NCBI GenBank assembly: GCA_963792585.1
Contig: CAWBWI010000001.1
Span: forward strand, 1,088,001-1,152,000
From: Candidatus Eiseniibacteriota bacterium
Lineage (GTDB): Bacteria > Eisenbacteria > RBG-16-71-46 > CAIMUX01 > VGJL01
Length of the DNA stretch: 64,000 bases
Direction: 5' to 3'
This document shows, piece by piece, positions 25,719-38,201 of the stretch (position 1 is the stretch's first letter; each line of letters begins with the position of its first letter). The notes under the pieces are model-generated. The model had not been told where the DNA came from and did not search any database. It saw nothing but the letters and a program-made list of their open reading frames with translations. The translations under genes and the position numbers were made by a program.

Positions 25719-28009
25719 ACTCGCCGGTTGCCCCGGTAGACCAGCAGCGGCGTCCCGTTCCTGCGCCTCCCCAGCTCGTAGCGCAGCGCGTGCGGCGCCG
25801 TGCCCCCGATCTTCACGTGGCCCCGGTGCACGCCATGCTGGTGATGACCATGACAGAGGACGGCGAGGTTGCCCGGATCGTTGCTCCCACCTTGCGAGCG
25901 CGGCTTGATGTGGTGCGTCTCGAGATGGTCGCGCCTCGTGCAGCCGGGGACGACACACCGGTAGCGGTCGCGTTCCAGGATCTTCACGCGCACCGGGACC
26001 CGCTCCGGATCCTGTTGTTCCCAGATCTCCTTCACCTCGGAGAAGAGCATCGCCATCGCTGCCCACTCGGGCATCCGCGGGATCCGGCCCGGGTGCCTCT
26101 CGGTGGGTTCCTCGCGTCGGTATGCCCACAGAACTTGCTTCAGATCGATGTAGGTCTGTCTCGGGAGCGGGAAGCGCGTCCACGTCTCCGCCCGCTGATA
26201 GGCTAACGTTTGCCGGTCCGCTTCACCGGTCTCCGGGACCTCCTCCCAATGACGGAGCGCGAGGAGCTGGACCATCGTCTCCAGACGATCCATCAAGATG
26301 GGGTTCTCGGCCGGGTCGGTCGGGCCGCCAGGCGGGAGCGGAGGGATGCCCCTGAGCCGCAGCGACTCCTCGATCGCCTCCCGGTCCCCGCCCAGCGCGG
26401 CGACGAGGGCTTCCTCGATGTCCCCCTTCGACAGCGGCCGCAGCGCGTGCCTGCCCAGGTCGCACGTGCGCATGAGCACCAGCAGGCGGTACTCCCGCTG
26501 GAACTGCCGCCAGGTGGTCTCGCGCGCGCGCTCGATGAACTCATCGACATCCTCGGTGTGCTTGAGCTGCCGGATCAGGTGCGCCTGCATCGTCGAGATG
26601 CGTCCCGTCGCGAAGGCATGTTCCATGGCCGCGCTGCCCTCGAACATCAGCGACTCGGCCACCCGGATGCGCGCCGAGCGCTCGGAGATCTTCAGCAGGT
26701 CCTCGACCATGCGGGCCACGGAGGAATAGCCGAGCAGCTCCACCGCCCCGACACGGCGCAGATCGCGGATCAGATGCGCGAGCAACACTTTCCCGGGGGC
26801 GCGCAGCAGTTGGATCTGGCGCAGGATCAGGAGCGCTTCCTCCGGTGACCCCGGCTCCTCGGTTCGATCGATCTGCTCGACGTCCTCGAGGTACTCGGCC
26901 ACGAGGGCGAGGGTCTGTTTGGCATGCGCGATCGCCTCGGGACGGACGGGGATGGCCACCGGCGGACGTCTCTCGATGACCGGACCCAGCGCGGGCCGCC
27001 TCGGAGGCGGGCCGTCCCCGCCGATTCCCGGCCATGCGACCTCGGCGAGCATCGCCTCGATGCACTCGTGGATGGGCGCCTCGTGGCCGAGGACCATGCG
27101 GGTGCGCTCCATCATCTCATCGAAGGAGACCTGGAACCCGAGGGGGTGCTTGAAGGCGAAGGGGACCATCTCGGGGTCGTCGCAGTGTTCATCCACGAAA
27201 ATCGAATCGGGCACCGGGGCCTCATCCTCATCGCGTTCCCATAGCTCCTTTTCCAGCGCCGCCAAAGCTCCGGCCGACATCGACTCCTCATCCTCCGTGC
27301 AGGCGATTTCCCCCCTCTGCCCCGCCTCCGCCCGCCTGCGGGCGCGCTCTTCTTCGCTTCGCGCCCGATAGCGGAGCTGGTCCACGGGGACCGCGCTAAT
27401 CCTCTCGATGAATGCTCGAATCAACTCGTCAGGAACGGGAAGCGCCTCGATGAGCCGGGCGATGTAGGGGAGCTGGCAGGCGCTGATCCCGCCACCGAGG
27501 AAGGCCCGTTCGAGCTCGGGGTGCTTCGCGAGCACGCGGTGCAAGGCAAGGCGGGATCGGGTCGTGCGCGGCCGCAGGCCGAGCGTCTCGAGGGCGAGGC
27601 TGCTGATGGAGGAGAAACCGCAGCGCTGCACGCGTCCTCCCTCGGAGAGCCAGGCGAGCATGCGCGCTTGCGAGCGGACGAATCGTGCCTCGGCGTGACG
27701 CGTGGAGAGGGTCGCCGTAGTGAGCGAGCGAACCAGCGTGGCGCTGGCGAGGGTGGGTCCAGCGGGCTGCGTAGCGGGCCGAGTAGCAGGCTCCTGAACG
27801 GGCTGCTGAACAGGTTGGGTGGAGGGCGATGCGATGGAAGTCGATGACACGCCATCCCCCGCGGACTCCTCGGCGTGCGACGATGCGTCCCCGGAGCGCG
27901 CAGCATCGTCCGCCCCGTAACGAGGAGTGTCCTCGCGACAGGTCCACGCGTGCGGGAACCCGCGCTCCACGCGGCTTTCCGGTGGGTATGTGAGGGTGGG
28001 TGCGGCCAT
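25697..28009 (-). CDS. Large HNH endonuclease-domain protein with two DUF222-like N-terminal repeats
   Basis: C-terminal RDRYRCVVPGC...HHIKPRSQGGSNDPGNLAVLCHGHH; two similar GFSS/GYSS...AF..G.IS..Q..I segments. Confidence 0.85.
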   Translation of the reverse strand: MAAPTLTYPPESRVERGFPHAWTCREDTPRYGADDAARSGDASSHAEESAGDGVSSTSIASPSTQPVQQPVQEPATRPATQPAGPTLASATLVRSLTTATLSTRHAEARFVRSQARMLAWLSEGGRVQRCGFSSISSLALETLGLRPRTTRSRLALHRVLAKHPELERAFLGGGISACQLPYIARLIEALPVPDELIRAFIERISAVPVDQLRYRARSEEERARRRAEAGQRGEIACTEDEESMSAGALAALEKELWERDEDEAPVPDSIFVDEHCDDPEMVPFAFKHPLGFQVSFDEMMERTRMVLGHEAPIHECIEAMLAEVAWPGIGGDGPPPRRPALGPVIERRPPVAIPVRPEAIAHAKQTLALVAEYLEDVEQIDRTEEPGSPEEALLILRQIQLLRAPGKVLLAHLIRDLRRVGAVELLGYSSVARMVEDLLKISERSARIRVAESLMFEGSAAMEHAFATGRISTMQAHLIRQLKHTEDVDEFIERARETTWRQFQREYRLLVLMRTCDLGRHALRPLSKGDIEEALVAALGGDREAIEESLRLRGIPPLPPGGPTDPAENPILMDRLETMVQLLALRHWEEVPETGEADRQTLAYQRAETWTRFPLPRQTYIDLKQVLWAYRREEPTERHPGRIPRMPEWAAMAMLFSEVKEIWEQQDPERVPVRVKILERDRYRCVVPGCTRRDHLETHHIKPRSQGGSNDPGNLAVLCHGHHQHGVHRGHVKIGGTAPHALRYELGRRRNGTPLLVYRGNRRVRGPFEP

Positions 28010-28025
28010 CCGGAGTGTATACTAC

Positions 28026-28039
28026 CAAACGTATGTTCG
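28026..28039. promoter_or_regulatory. LexA (Cheo/SOS)-box-like palindrome inside the promoter of the HNH gene
   Basis: Minus strand CGAAC-ATAC-GTTTG (consensus CGAAC-N4-GTTCG), between TTGCGG (-35) and TAGTAT (-10); 9 nt separate the -10 from the ATG. Confidence 0.65.
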
Positions 28040-28143
28040 GTTCCGCAAGAAGAAAGTGAAAATGCTCGAAGGAAAGATTGCGTCAGCACGCGACCGGCCG
28101 CGGTCTCACATGGCCGAAGGAGGTGTCCGGTCTTCCGACACCG

Positions 28144-28640
28144 TCAGTCACTTCGCGGGCAGCCTTCGCATGGGTAGTATTCGCTGCGCAGTGCATCAAT
28201 CGAGCACGATGACACGGCCCACGCCACCCATTCCACCAGCCTGCATGCGGACGAACCACACCACGACCGCCGCGCGTTGCCCCTCGCGGGTTTCACCGGA
28301 CCAAGTGGTCGTCCTGCCCGAAACGAACGGAGCCGACCGTGCTGCAGCGCCCACGCCGTGTGGTTCACCAGGACTTCCATCGGGCCATCTCCATCCACGT
28401 CCATCAGGTATGAGGTGACGAAGAGGTCCGTCTGGTCCCCCAGCGGGAGTTCCCACTCGACCGCGCCGGAACTTGCGTCGTGACACACGATCGCCGAGTT
28501 CGATTCCGAGGTCGGCCATGTAAAGAGGATCACCTCGACGGCCCCGTCACGATCCAAGTCTCCCAGCACAGAGGCCGCGCCCTGCTGATGCTCTCGGTCA
28601 CCCACACCAGCCAGTTCGAGCGGCAGAAACACGCGATCGA
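28144..28640 (-). pseudogene. Possible remnant of an FG-GAP/VCBS-repeat protein gene
   Basis: GDLDRDGAVEV and DVDGDGPMEVLV motifs in an ORF with no good start or signal peptide. Confidence 0.35.
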
Positions 28641-28697
28641 GGGCGCTCGGAATCTGCGCAGACGTGTCCTCGGCGCGTTCCCAAAGGCAATCGTGGG

Positions 28698-29006
28698 CTA
28701 CAGCATCCGATCCACCTTCCAGACGACCATCCGCATTGCGCTCCGGCACTCGGAGCAGGAAGCGTCGATCGCGGCGAGCAACTCGTCGACCTTCCCTTCC
28801 TCGACCACCGTGAAGATGATCGAGGAAGATTCCGGAAACGCGCGCGATCCCAGCCGCGGCCCGGACGTCCCCGTTCCGTAGACCGTCGGGATCTCCGTGT
28901 ACCCAAGGACGTGCTTCTCGGAGAGGGCGGCTTCGAGCCGCTCCTTGTGATCGCTCTGCACGATGATCATGAGCATCTGCATGCTCGCGGGCGCTGCGGT
29001 GCTCAC
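28698..29006 (-). CDS. P-II-like transporter-associated small protein
   Basis: MLMIIV...LGYTEIPTVYGTGTSGPRLGSRAFPE...IFTVV; GTGA overlap with the upstream stop. Confidence 0.7.
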   Translation of the reverse strand: MSTAAPASMQMLMIIVQSDHKERLEAALSEKHVLGYTEIPTVYGTGTSGPRLGSRAFPESSSIIFTVVEEGKVDELLAAIDASCSECRSAMRMVVWKVDRML

Positions 29007-29191
29007 TCCCGCACTCCAGCCTTGCGAAGAATCGAGATCATCGGACACCACTTCGTGAAGGCCGATTGCAGCAGGTTCAGCCCCACGAAGGCCGTGAAGA
29101 GGAAGAAATACGGGCTCACGAAATGTCCCAGCGCCACCGAGGCAAGGACGAAGAGGCCGGCAATTGCGCGAAGGGCTTCATTGAGAGTCAT
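29003..29191 (-). CDS. DUF2892 (YgaP-like membrane) protein
   Basis: LRAIAG...FTAFVGLNLLQSAFTKWCPM; 62 aa with two TM segments. Confidence 0.88.
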   Translation of the reverse strand: MTLNEALRAIAGLFVLASVALGHFVSPYFFLFTAFVGLNLLQSAFTKWCPMISILRKAGVRE

Positions 29192-29194
29192 GTG

Positions 29195-32460
<3,266 letters not shown>

Positions 32461-32498
32461 TCTTCAGGGAGCTTCGTCTTCGCGATCGATCGGCGTGC

Positions 32499-33579
32499 TC
32501 ATCCCTGCACCTCGATCGGAGCACCGACCTCGAGGGACGACGGGCGGATCGAGGATGACCCGATCCCCGTCGCGAGAGGCCCGAGAGGACCTCGACACGC
32601 TCCGCCGCGCCATCGCGCGACGGTGACGAGGCGGAAGCGTCGCGCGCCCGTCCTCGGCGACGAAGACGCCCGATCAGTCCCCCGCGTGTCGCAGGAGCGC
32701 AGCGCGCGGGACGCGCAGGCCGCGCGCGGGTGCCCGACGGAAGGTGCGCCCCGCCATAGAGACCCGAGCGAAGGCCCGGAGCCTCGGCGACAGGTCGATC
32801 TTGACGAGGAAGGAGCGGGTCGCCGGATCGACGGCCGGGACGACCTCCGCGATCGTGCCTTCGAACGTCCGATCGCCCAGCGACGGGATCGCGGACCTGC
32901 ACGGTCCGCCCGGAATCGCCGCAGTCCAGTTCGCCTTCCGAGAGGGAGACGTCCAGGCGCAGGATCCGGCTCGCATCCTCGATCTTCATCAGCGGCCGCC
33001 CCGGCGCCGCCAGGTCGCCGACCTCGCAGAGACGGTCGACCACGCGCCCGTCGAAGGGGGCCGCGATCTCTGCGTAGCTGCGGTAGGAGCTTGCCGTGCG
33101 ACACGCCCCCTCGGCCTGCGTGACCGCCCCCTTCGCCGTCTCGCACTGATAGCGGGCCTGGTCGAGTTCGAGCTGCGAGGCGGCGTCGCGCGCGAAGAGC
33201 TGCTCGAAGCGCATGTAGGTTCGTCTCGCGCGAGGGCCGCAGCGGCCTTCGCCTGCGCAAGCGCGCCCTCGGCCTGCACGATCTGGCCTTCCACGTCCCG
33301 GCTGTCGATCACGATCAAGACCTCGCCCTGGCGGACCGCTTCCCCGGCCGTCTTGCGGATCTCGATCACGGTGCCCATCACCTTCCCGGCAAGAATGGTC
33401 TCGCGGCCGCTGCGCAGCGAACCCGCCGCCTCGACGGTCCCCGGCTCGTCCGAGGCAGCCACGATCGCGGTCCGGACCGCGATCGGGATACGGGGCGATT
33501 CGCCCTTATCTCCGTGCCCGCACGCGACGAGGAGAAGCGGAAGGAGTGTGAACGAAAGGGCTCTCATCTTGCGATTCAT
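32499..33579 (-). CDS. RND periplasmic adaptor (membrane fusion protein), lipoprotein, frameshifted
   Basis: LLLVAC lipobox; GEAVRQGEVL, IAAPFDGRV and PAVDPATRSFLVK motifs in successive frames. Confidence 0.8.
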
Positions 33580-33592
33580 GGGCTTCCCCTCC

Positions 33593-34963
33593 TTATTCAT
33601 TTTCCGCAACCGGCGGCAGACCGGCGGCGAAGTTCAGAGCGCGGAGCGAACGCTGGAGGCCGAAGCGGGCCTGCAACTCGCGGGCGCGGGCCTCGTTGAC
33701 CATGGTCTCGGCATCCAGGATGTCGGTCATTTTCGCGACCCCCTGGGCGAAGCGCTCCTCCAGGATCGCGAGGGCCCTCTCCGCAGTCGTCACTCCGGAG
33801 GCCGCCGCAAGTATCCGCGCGCGGGCCTCCTCGACCGCCTGCCAGGCCTGGCGCACCTCGAAGTCGACCTGTTGCTCATAGGCACGCGCGGACTCCGTCG
33901 CGGCGGCGCGCTCGCTCTTGCTGCGGGCCAGATGGAATGAGGTCTGACCCCAGTTCCAGACCTTCCACCGCGCCATCGCCATCAGGGCGTAGCTCGTTCC
34001 GTGATCCCCGAAGATCTTCTCGTCGTTGAGACTGTACTTGCCCACAAGGGCGATCTCGGGCAGGTAGTCGCCCCACGCCATCTTCACGCCAAGGGAGGCC
34101 GCCTCGACCTTCGCCTCGACGGCCCGGAGATCGCGGCGTCGCTCGTGTGCCGAGGCGAGGGCATCCTCGAATGTTGCGAAAGGGCTCGACGGCTCGGCCA
34201 GATCCGCGTCCAGCTCGAAAACGCGCGCCTGATCGACCCCCATCGCTCGGTTCAAGCCCGCTCGCGCAAGACGCGCGTTGTTCTGCGCCATGATCCGGTT
34301 CTCCTCCATCCGCGACCGCTGGGTCCGCGCCTGCAGGAGGTCGCTTTCCACCATCATCCCCGCGTCATAGAACGCCTGCGCCTGGTCGACGTGTTTGGTG
34401 GTCGTGTCGAGGGCCTTCTCCGCCAGCTCGAGGAAACGGTCGGCCAAGAGAACACCCATGTAGCCATCGGCCACGCCGAGCGAAACTGCCGATTCGGTGT
34501 GGTCGCGGACCGCCGCAGCCGCCGTTTCCATCCGGCCCGCCTGAGCGATTCCGGCCTCGAGTTTCCCTCCCGTGAACAGCGGAAGGGTCGCTTGCACCTC
34601 GGTCGCGTAATTGACGATCGGATCCGGTTCATTGGGATCGCTCATCGTGAATGCCGGGAAGGAGAATCGCTCCTGCATCAATTGGAGGCCGAAGGCGTCC
34701 GCCGGCGAGTCGGTCTTGAGGGCGACCTGCCGGACTTCCACCCCGGGCAAACGCGAGACCCACGCTTCCCGGTATCCCTGCCGCGCGGCCTCCGCGTTCG
34801 CGCGGCTTTCCAGGATGCTCGGGTTCGCGCCGCGTGCGAGTTCCACCGCGCGCGGGAGAGTCAGCGGCTCGCCGGCGGCCCGGCCCGCGACCAGGAATCC
34901 CGTTGCCGCGAGGACCATCGCCGCCGGCCACAAACTCCACGCGCTGTTCCGAGGTTTGCTCAT
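33593..34963 (-). CDS. TolC family outer membrane efflux protein
   Basis: Signal peptide; LTLPRAVELA, PLFTGG, DLLQAR, DYLP and DILDAE motifs; position in the operon. Confidence 0.88.
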   Translation of the reverse strand: MSKPRNSAWSLWPAAMVLAATGFLVAGRAAGEPLTLPRAVELARGANPSILESRANAEAARQGYREAWVSRLPGVEVRQVALKTDSPADAFGLQLMQERFSFPAFTMSDPNEPDPIVNYATEVQATLPLFTGGKLEAGIAQAGRMETAAAAVRDHTESAVSLGVADGYMGVLLADRFLELAEKALDTTTKHVDQAQAFYDAGMMVESDLLQARTQRSRMEENRIMAQNNARLARAGLNRAMGVDQARVFELDADLAEPSSPFATFEDALASAHERRRDLRAVEAKVEAASLGVKMAWGDYLPEIALVGKYSLNDEKIFGDHGTSYALMAMARWKVWNWGQTSFHLARSKSERAAATESARAYEQQVDFEVRQAWQAVEEARARILAAASGVTTAERALAILEERFAQGVAKMTDILDAETMVNEARARELQARFGLQRSLRALNFAAGLPPVAENE

Positions 34964-35032
34964 GCCCCCTCCGTTCCTCGATCCCCTTGATCCGCCTTCC
35001 CGAAGGACTACACTGAATCGCAAGATCACTAC

Positions 35033-35082
35033 TTGCGTCTATGTCTATATGTGAATATACTGATCTAGGAATCGGAAGTCAA
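35033..35082. promoter_or_regulatory. Overlapping divergent sigma70 promoters for arsR-family gene (+) and tolC operon (-)
   Basis: Plus: TTGCGT (35033)-17-TATACT (35056). Minus: TTGACT (35082-35077)-17-TATATT (35059-35054). Confidence 0.7.
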
Positions 35083-35098
35083 GCACGCGGGAGGCATA

Positions 35099-35479
35099 AT
35101 GCAGAATTCATATAAAACCATGAGTGCAAGCACGTTAGCGATGATCGCAGAGCGATTTCGGATGCTCGGCGACGCCTCGCGACTCCGGCTGCTGCAAGCA
35201 TTGGCGGATCGCGAGATGTCGGTCGGCGAGTTGGTCGAGGCCACCGAGACGGCGCAGGCGAGCGTCTCCAAGCAGTTGCAGCTCCTGCTCCGCGCCGGCT
35301 TCGTCGCGCGCCGCAGGCAAGGGCTGCATGTCTATTATCGAATCGCCGATCCGAACGTGTTCAAGCTCTGCGATGCGGTGTGTGGCAGCCTCACGGAGCA
35401 ACTGCAGAGGGAACTGTCATCCCTTAAGGAGTCCACCACCCCGAACAAGCGGCTGGGAAACCGCAAGCGGACGGTTTAG
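35099..35479 (+). CDS. ArsR/SmtB family transcriptional regulator with C-terminal CxxxC
   Basis: FRMLGDASRLRLL, SVGEL, QASVSKQL and G.HVYYRI motifs; LCDAVC. Confidence 0.92.
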   Translation: MQNSYKTMSASTLAMIAERFRMLGDASRLRLLQALADREMSVGELVEATETAQASVSKQLQLLLRAGFVARRRQGLHVYYRIADPNVFKLCDAVCGSLTEQLQRELSSLKESTTPNKRLGNRKRTV

Positions 35480-35525
35480 CACCCGCCGGCTTGCGGCCGC
35501 CTCCCGCGATTCGATGCGGACGCTG

Positions 35526-36497
35526 TCACCAGGCATAGGCCTCGGGCGCCGCCCCTCCCGGTCCGGGCCAGATTCCATCGAGCTTCGTCCGGAGCGCATC
35601 GGTCAGCGGCACCTCGAACGCGCGCAGGCTTCCCTCGAGCTGCTCCATCGTCCGAGGACCGATGATCGGCGCCGTGACCGCAGGATTGTGAAGGAGCCAC
35701 GCCAGGGCGACATCGGCCGGCTTCTCCCCGATTTCCCGGCAAAGCACCTCGTAGGCCTCCAGCCGTGACCGGTGTCTCTCGATGCTCTTCACCAGGTTCT
35801 CCGATGTTCGCCGACCCGGGGCCGCACCCTCGAGGATTCCGCCCAGCAGGCCCCCCGCGAGCGGACTCCATGGGATCAGCCCGAGACCGTAGGCCCGGCA
35901 AACCGGAATCACCTCCAGCTCGATCGTCCGCGCGGAGAGATTGTAGAGACTCTGCTCCGAGACGAGCCCGAGGAAATGTCTGGCCGTCGCGGCCCCTTGC
36001 GCCTGGGCGATGTGCCACCCGGCGAAGTTGCTGCTCCCGACGTAGATCACCTTCCCTTCGCGGACGAGTTGCTCCATCGCCTGCCAGACTTCGTCCCAGG
36101 GGGAATCGCGATCGACGTGGTGCATCTGGTACAGGTCGATGTGGTCGGTCTGGAGCCTGCGGAGGCTGTCCTCGCAGGCGCGGCGGATGTGGTAGGCGGA
36201 AAGTCGCCGCTCGTTGGGTCCATCCCCGATCGAACCGTACACCTTCGTCGCGAGCACGATCTTCTCGCGGCGGCCGTCGCCCTGCGCCAGCCAACGCCCG
36301 ATGATCTGCTCCGTCCAGCCCTTCCCCTTCTGCCACCCATAGACATTCGCCGTGTCGAAGAAGTTGATCCCCAGCTCGAGCGCCCGATCCATGATCGCGA
36401 AGCTGTCCGGTTCGCTGGTGAGGGGCCCGAAGTTCATGGTGCCGAGACAGAGGCGGCTCACTTGAAGGCCGGTGCGGCCGAGGCGGACGGTTTCCAT
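35526..36497 (-). CDS. Aldo/keto reductase
   Basis: LCLGTMNFG, FFDTANVY, SLRRLQTDHIDLYQMH and WSPLAGG motifs. Confidence 0.95.
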   Translation of the reverse strand: METVRLGRTGLQVSRLCLGTMNFGPLTSEPDSFAIMDRALELGINFFDTANVYGWQKGKGWTEQIIGRWLAQGDGRREKIVLATKVYGSIGDGPNERRLSAYHIRRACEDSLRRLQTDHIDLYQMHHVDRDSPWDEVWQAMEQLVREGKVIYVGSSNFAGWHIAQAQGAATARHFLGLVSEQSLYNLSARTIELEVIPVCRAYGLGLIPWSPLAGGLLGGILEGAAPGRRTSENLVKSIERHRSRLEAYEVLCREIGEKPADVALAWLLHNPAVTAPIIGPRTMEQLEGSLRAFEVPLTDALRTKLDGIWPGPGGAAPEAYAW

Positions 36498-36646
36498 TCC
36501 GGGTGGTTCCTTTCCGATCCGAAGCCGAGGTCCCTTGGACGGCTTGGTCGCAGCGTAGCACGGAGTCTCGCGCGTTCGGATTGAGGAAGACGACGGTATC
36601 CGGTATTCTGGCCGGCGACCGCAGTCACAGCCAACCGGAGGTCCCC

Positions 36647-38185
36647 ATGCCGAAGAGCCTCAGACCCCTGTTTCTCGCCCTCATCCTGTTCGGCGCCGGC
36701 CATCCGGCCACAGCCGTCGATTGGACCAACTCCGGCGGCAATGCGGCCCGGAACGGCCTCACCGCGGAAGTCGGCCCGACGAGCGCAAACCTCGCTTGGT
36801 CGGGGGGCCGGAGTTCACTGATCGCCTGGCTGCCCGTCACGGAAGGCGAGAGCGTGTTCATGGTGCGCCAGCCGCGCTGGCCCGACCAGCAACCGAACGA
36901 CGCCTACATCGTCGCGTCCGATATCCAGACGGGTGGAGAGTTGTGGGCGAGGGTCCTGCCCTATAACACGGGCGATTGGATCCCCTGGATCGGCGGGGTG
37001 AGCAACGGCAAGGTCTATGCGTCCCGCTCGGGCAACGGGGCCTCCGTGAACGCCAGGCTCTACGCCCTGGACGTTACCGACGGGCACACCGTGTGGATCT
37101 CCCAGGCGCTTCAGAACGCCGGGGCGTACGACGGCGTCGTCTTCGCGCCGGATGGGGACCCGATCGTCGCCTCGTTCCAGGATATCTGGCGGTTCAATGC
37201 CGATGACGGCGCGACCGTTTGGCACGCCGCCCGCGTCGGCTCCGTGAGCGGGAGCTGCGGCGGCGCCCGGTTCGGCGACGCTTTCTATGTAGCCGACGCG
37301 GTCGCGGGCGGCCACGCAATCGTTCGCTTCGATGTCACAACAGGCGCCCGAATGTACCAGAGCCCGACGATGCCTGGCTTCACCCTCCAGAACACCCCGA
37401 TGGTGGGTCCGGACGGAACCGTCTACCTGAGCCGCACACAGAACAATCCGGCGGTCGACTTCTACTACGCCTTCACCGACACCGGAACCGAGTTCGTGGA
37501 GAAGTGGCACATCGCAAGCTATGCCGGGGCGTTCGCGGAGTTCGGCGCCGGGCCGGACGGCTCGCTCTACTTCGTGATCCCCGGTCCGCGGCTGGCGCGC
37601 ATCGACCCGGCGACGGGCGGGGTCGTGAACCAAACCCCCGTCCTCAGCGGGTTCACAGCCGCCCACATTGCGGTGGACGGGGACGGCAAGGTCTGTTGCT
37701 CGAACAGCGCCTTCAGCTCCGGGCGGCTCTACGCCTACGACGCGGACCTGACCCCGCGGTGGGACGTCGGCGTCCCGAACATCAACATCGGCGGCCCGTC
37801 GCTCGGCCGCTACGGCACGATGATCGTGTGCGGCACGGGCTCCGATGTCCGAGCGTACCGGACGGTCAACCCCGCGGAAGTGGCCGAGCTTCCGACCCAG
37901 GCCCCGGTCGCCGGCATCGCCATGGCGATGCCCAATCCGTTCCGGGAGGACACGTCGATCCGCTTCTTGCTGCCGCGTTCGGGATCGGTCAGCGTCCGGA
38001 TCTACGACGCGCTCGGCACGCAGATCCGCTCCCTCGCTGCCGAAGAAGAGAGACCGGCGGGAAGTCAGATCGTGGCGTGGGACGGCCGCTCGAATACGGG
38101 TGCCCCGTCTCCGTCGGGCGTCTACTATTTTCGGATCGACGCGGGAGGATCGAGCCAGACCGGCCGGATGACCCTCACCCGTTGA
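36647..38185 (+). CDS. Secreted PQQ-like beta-propeller protein with FlgD-Ig/T9SS-like C-terminal domain
   Basis: RBS GGAGG; signal peptide; W...GGNAARNG; repeated TGGELW/DGHTVW/DGATVW; PNPF...WDGRSNTG...SGVYY tail. Confidence 0.8.
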   Translation: MPKSLRPLFLALILFGAGHPATAVDWTNSGGNAARNGLTAEVGPTSANLAWSGGRSSLIAWLPVTEGESVFMVRQPRWPDQQPNDAYIVASDIQTGGELWARVLPYNTGDWIPWIGGVSNGKVYASRSGNGASVNARLYALDVTDGHTVWISQALQNAGAYDGVVFAPDGDPIVASFQDIWRFNADDGATVWHAARVGSVSGSCGGARFGDAFYVADAVAGGHAIVRFDVTTGARMYQSPTMPGFTLQNTPMVGPDGTVYLSRTQNNPAVDFYYAFTDTGTEFVEKWHIASYAGAFAEFGAGPDGSLYFVIPGPRLARIDPATGGVVNQTPVLSGFTAAHIAVDGDGKVCCSNSAFSSGRLYAYDADLTPRWDVGVPNINIGGPSLGRYGTMIVCGTGSDVRAYRTVNPAEVAELPTQAPVAGIAMAMPNPFREDTSIRFLLPRSGSVSVRIYDALGTQIRSLAAEEERPAGSQIVAWDGRSNTGAPSPSGVYYFRIDAGGSSQTGRMTLTR

Positions 38186-38201
38186 GCGTGTGGGGGGCTG
38201 C

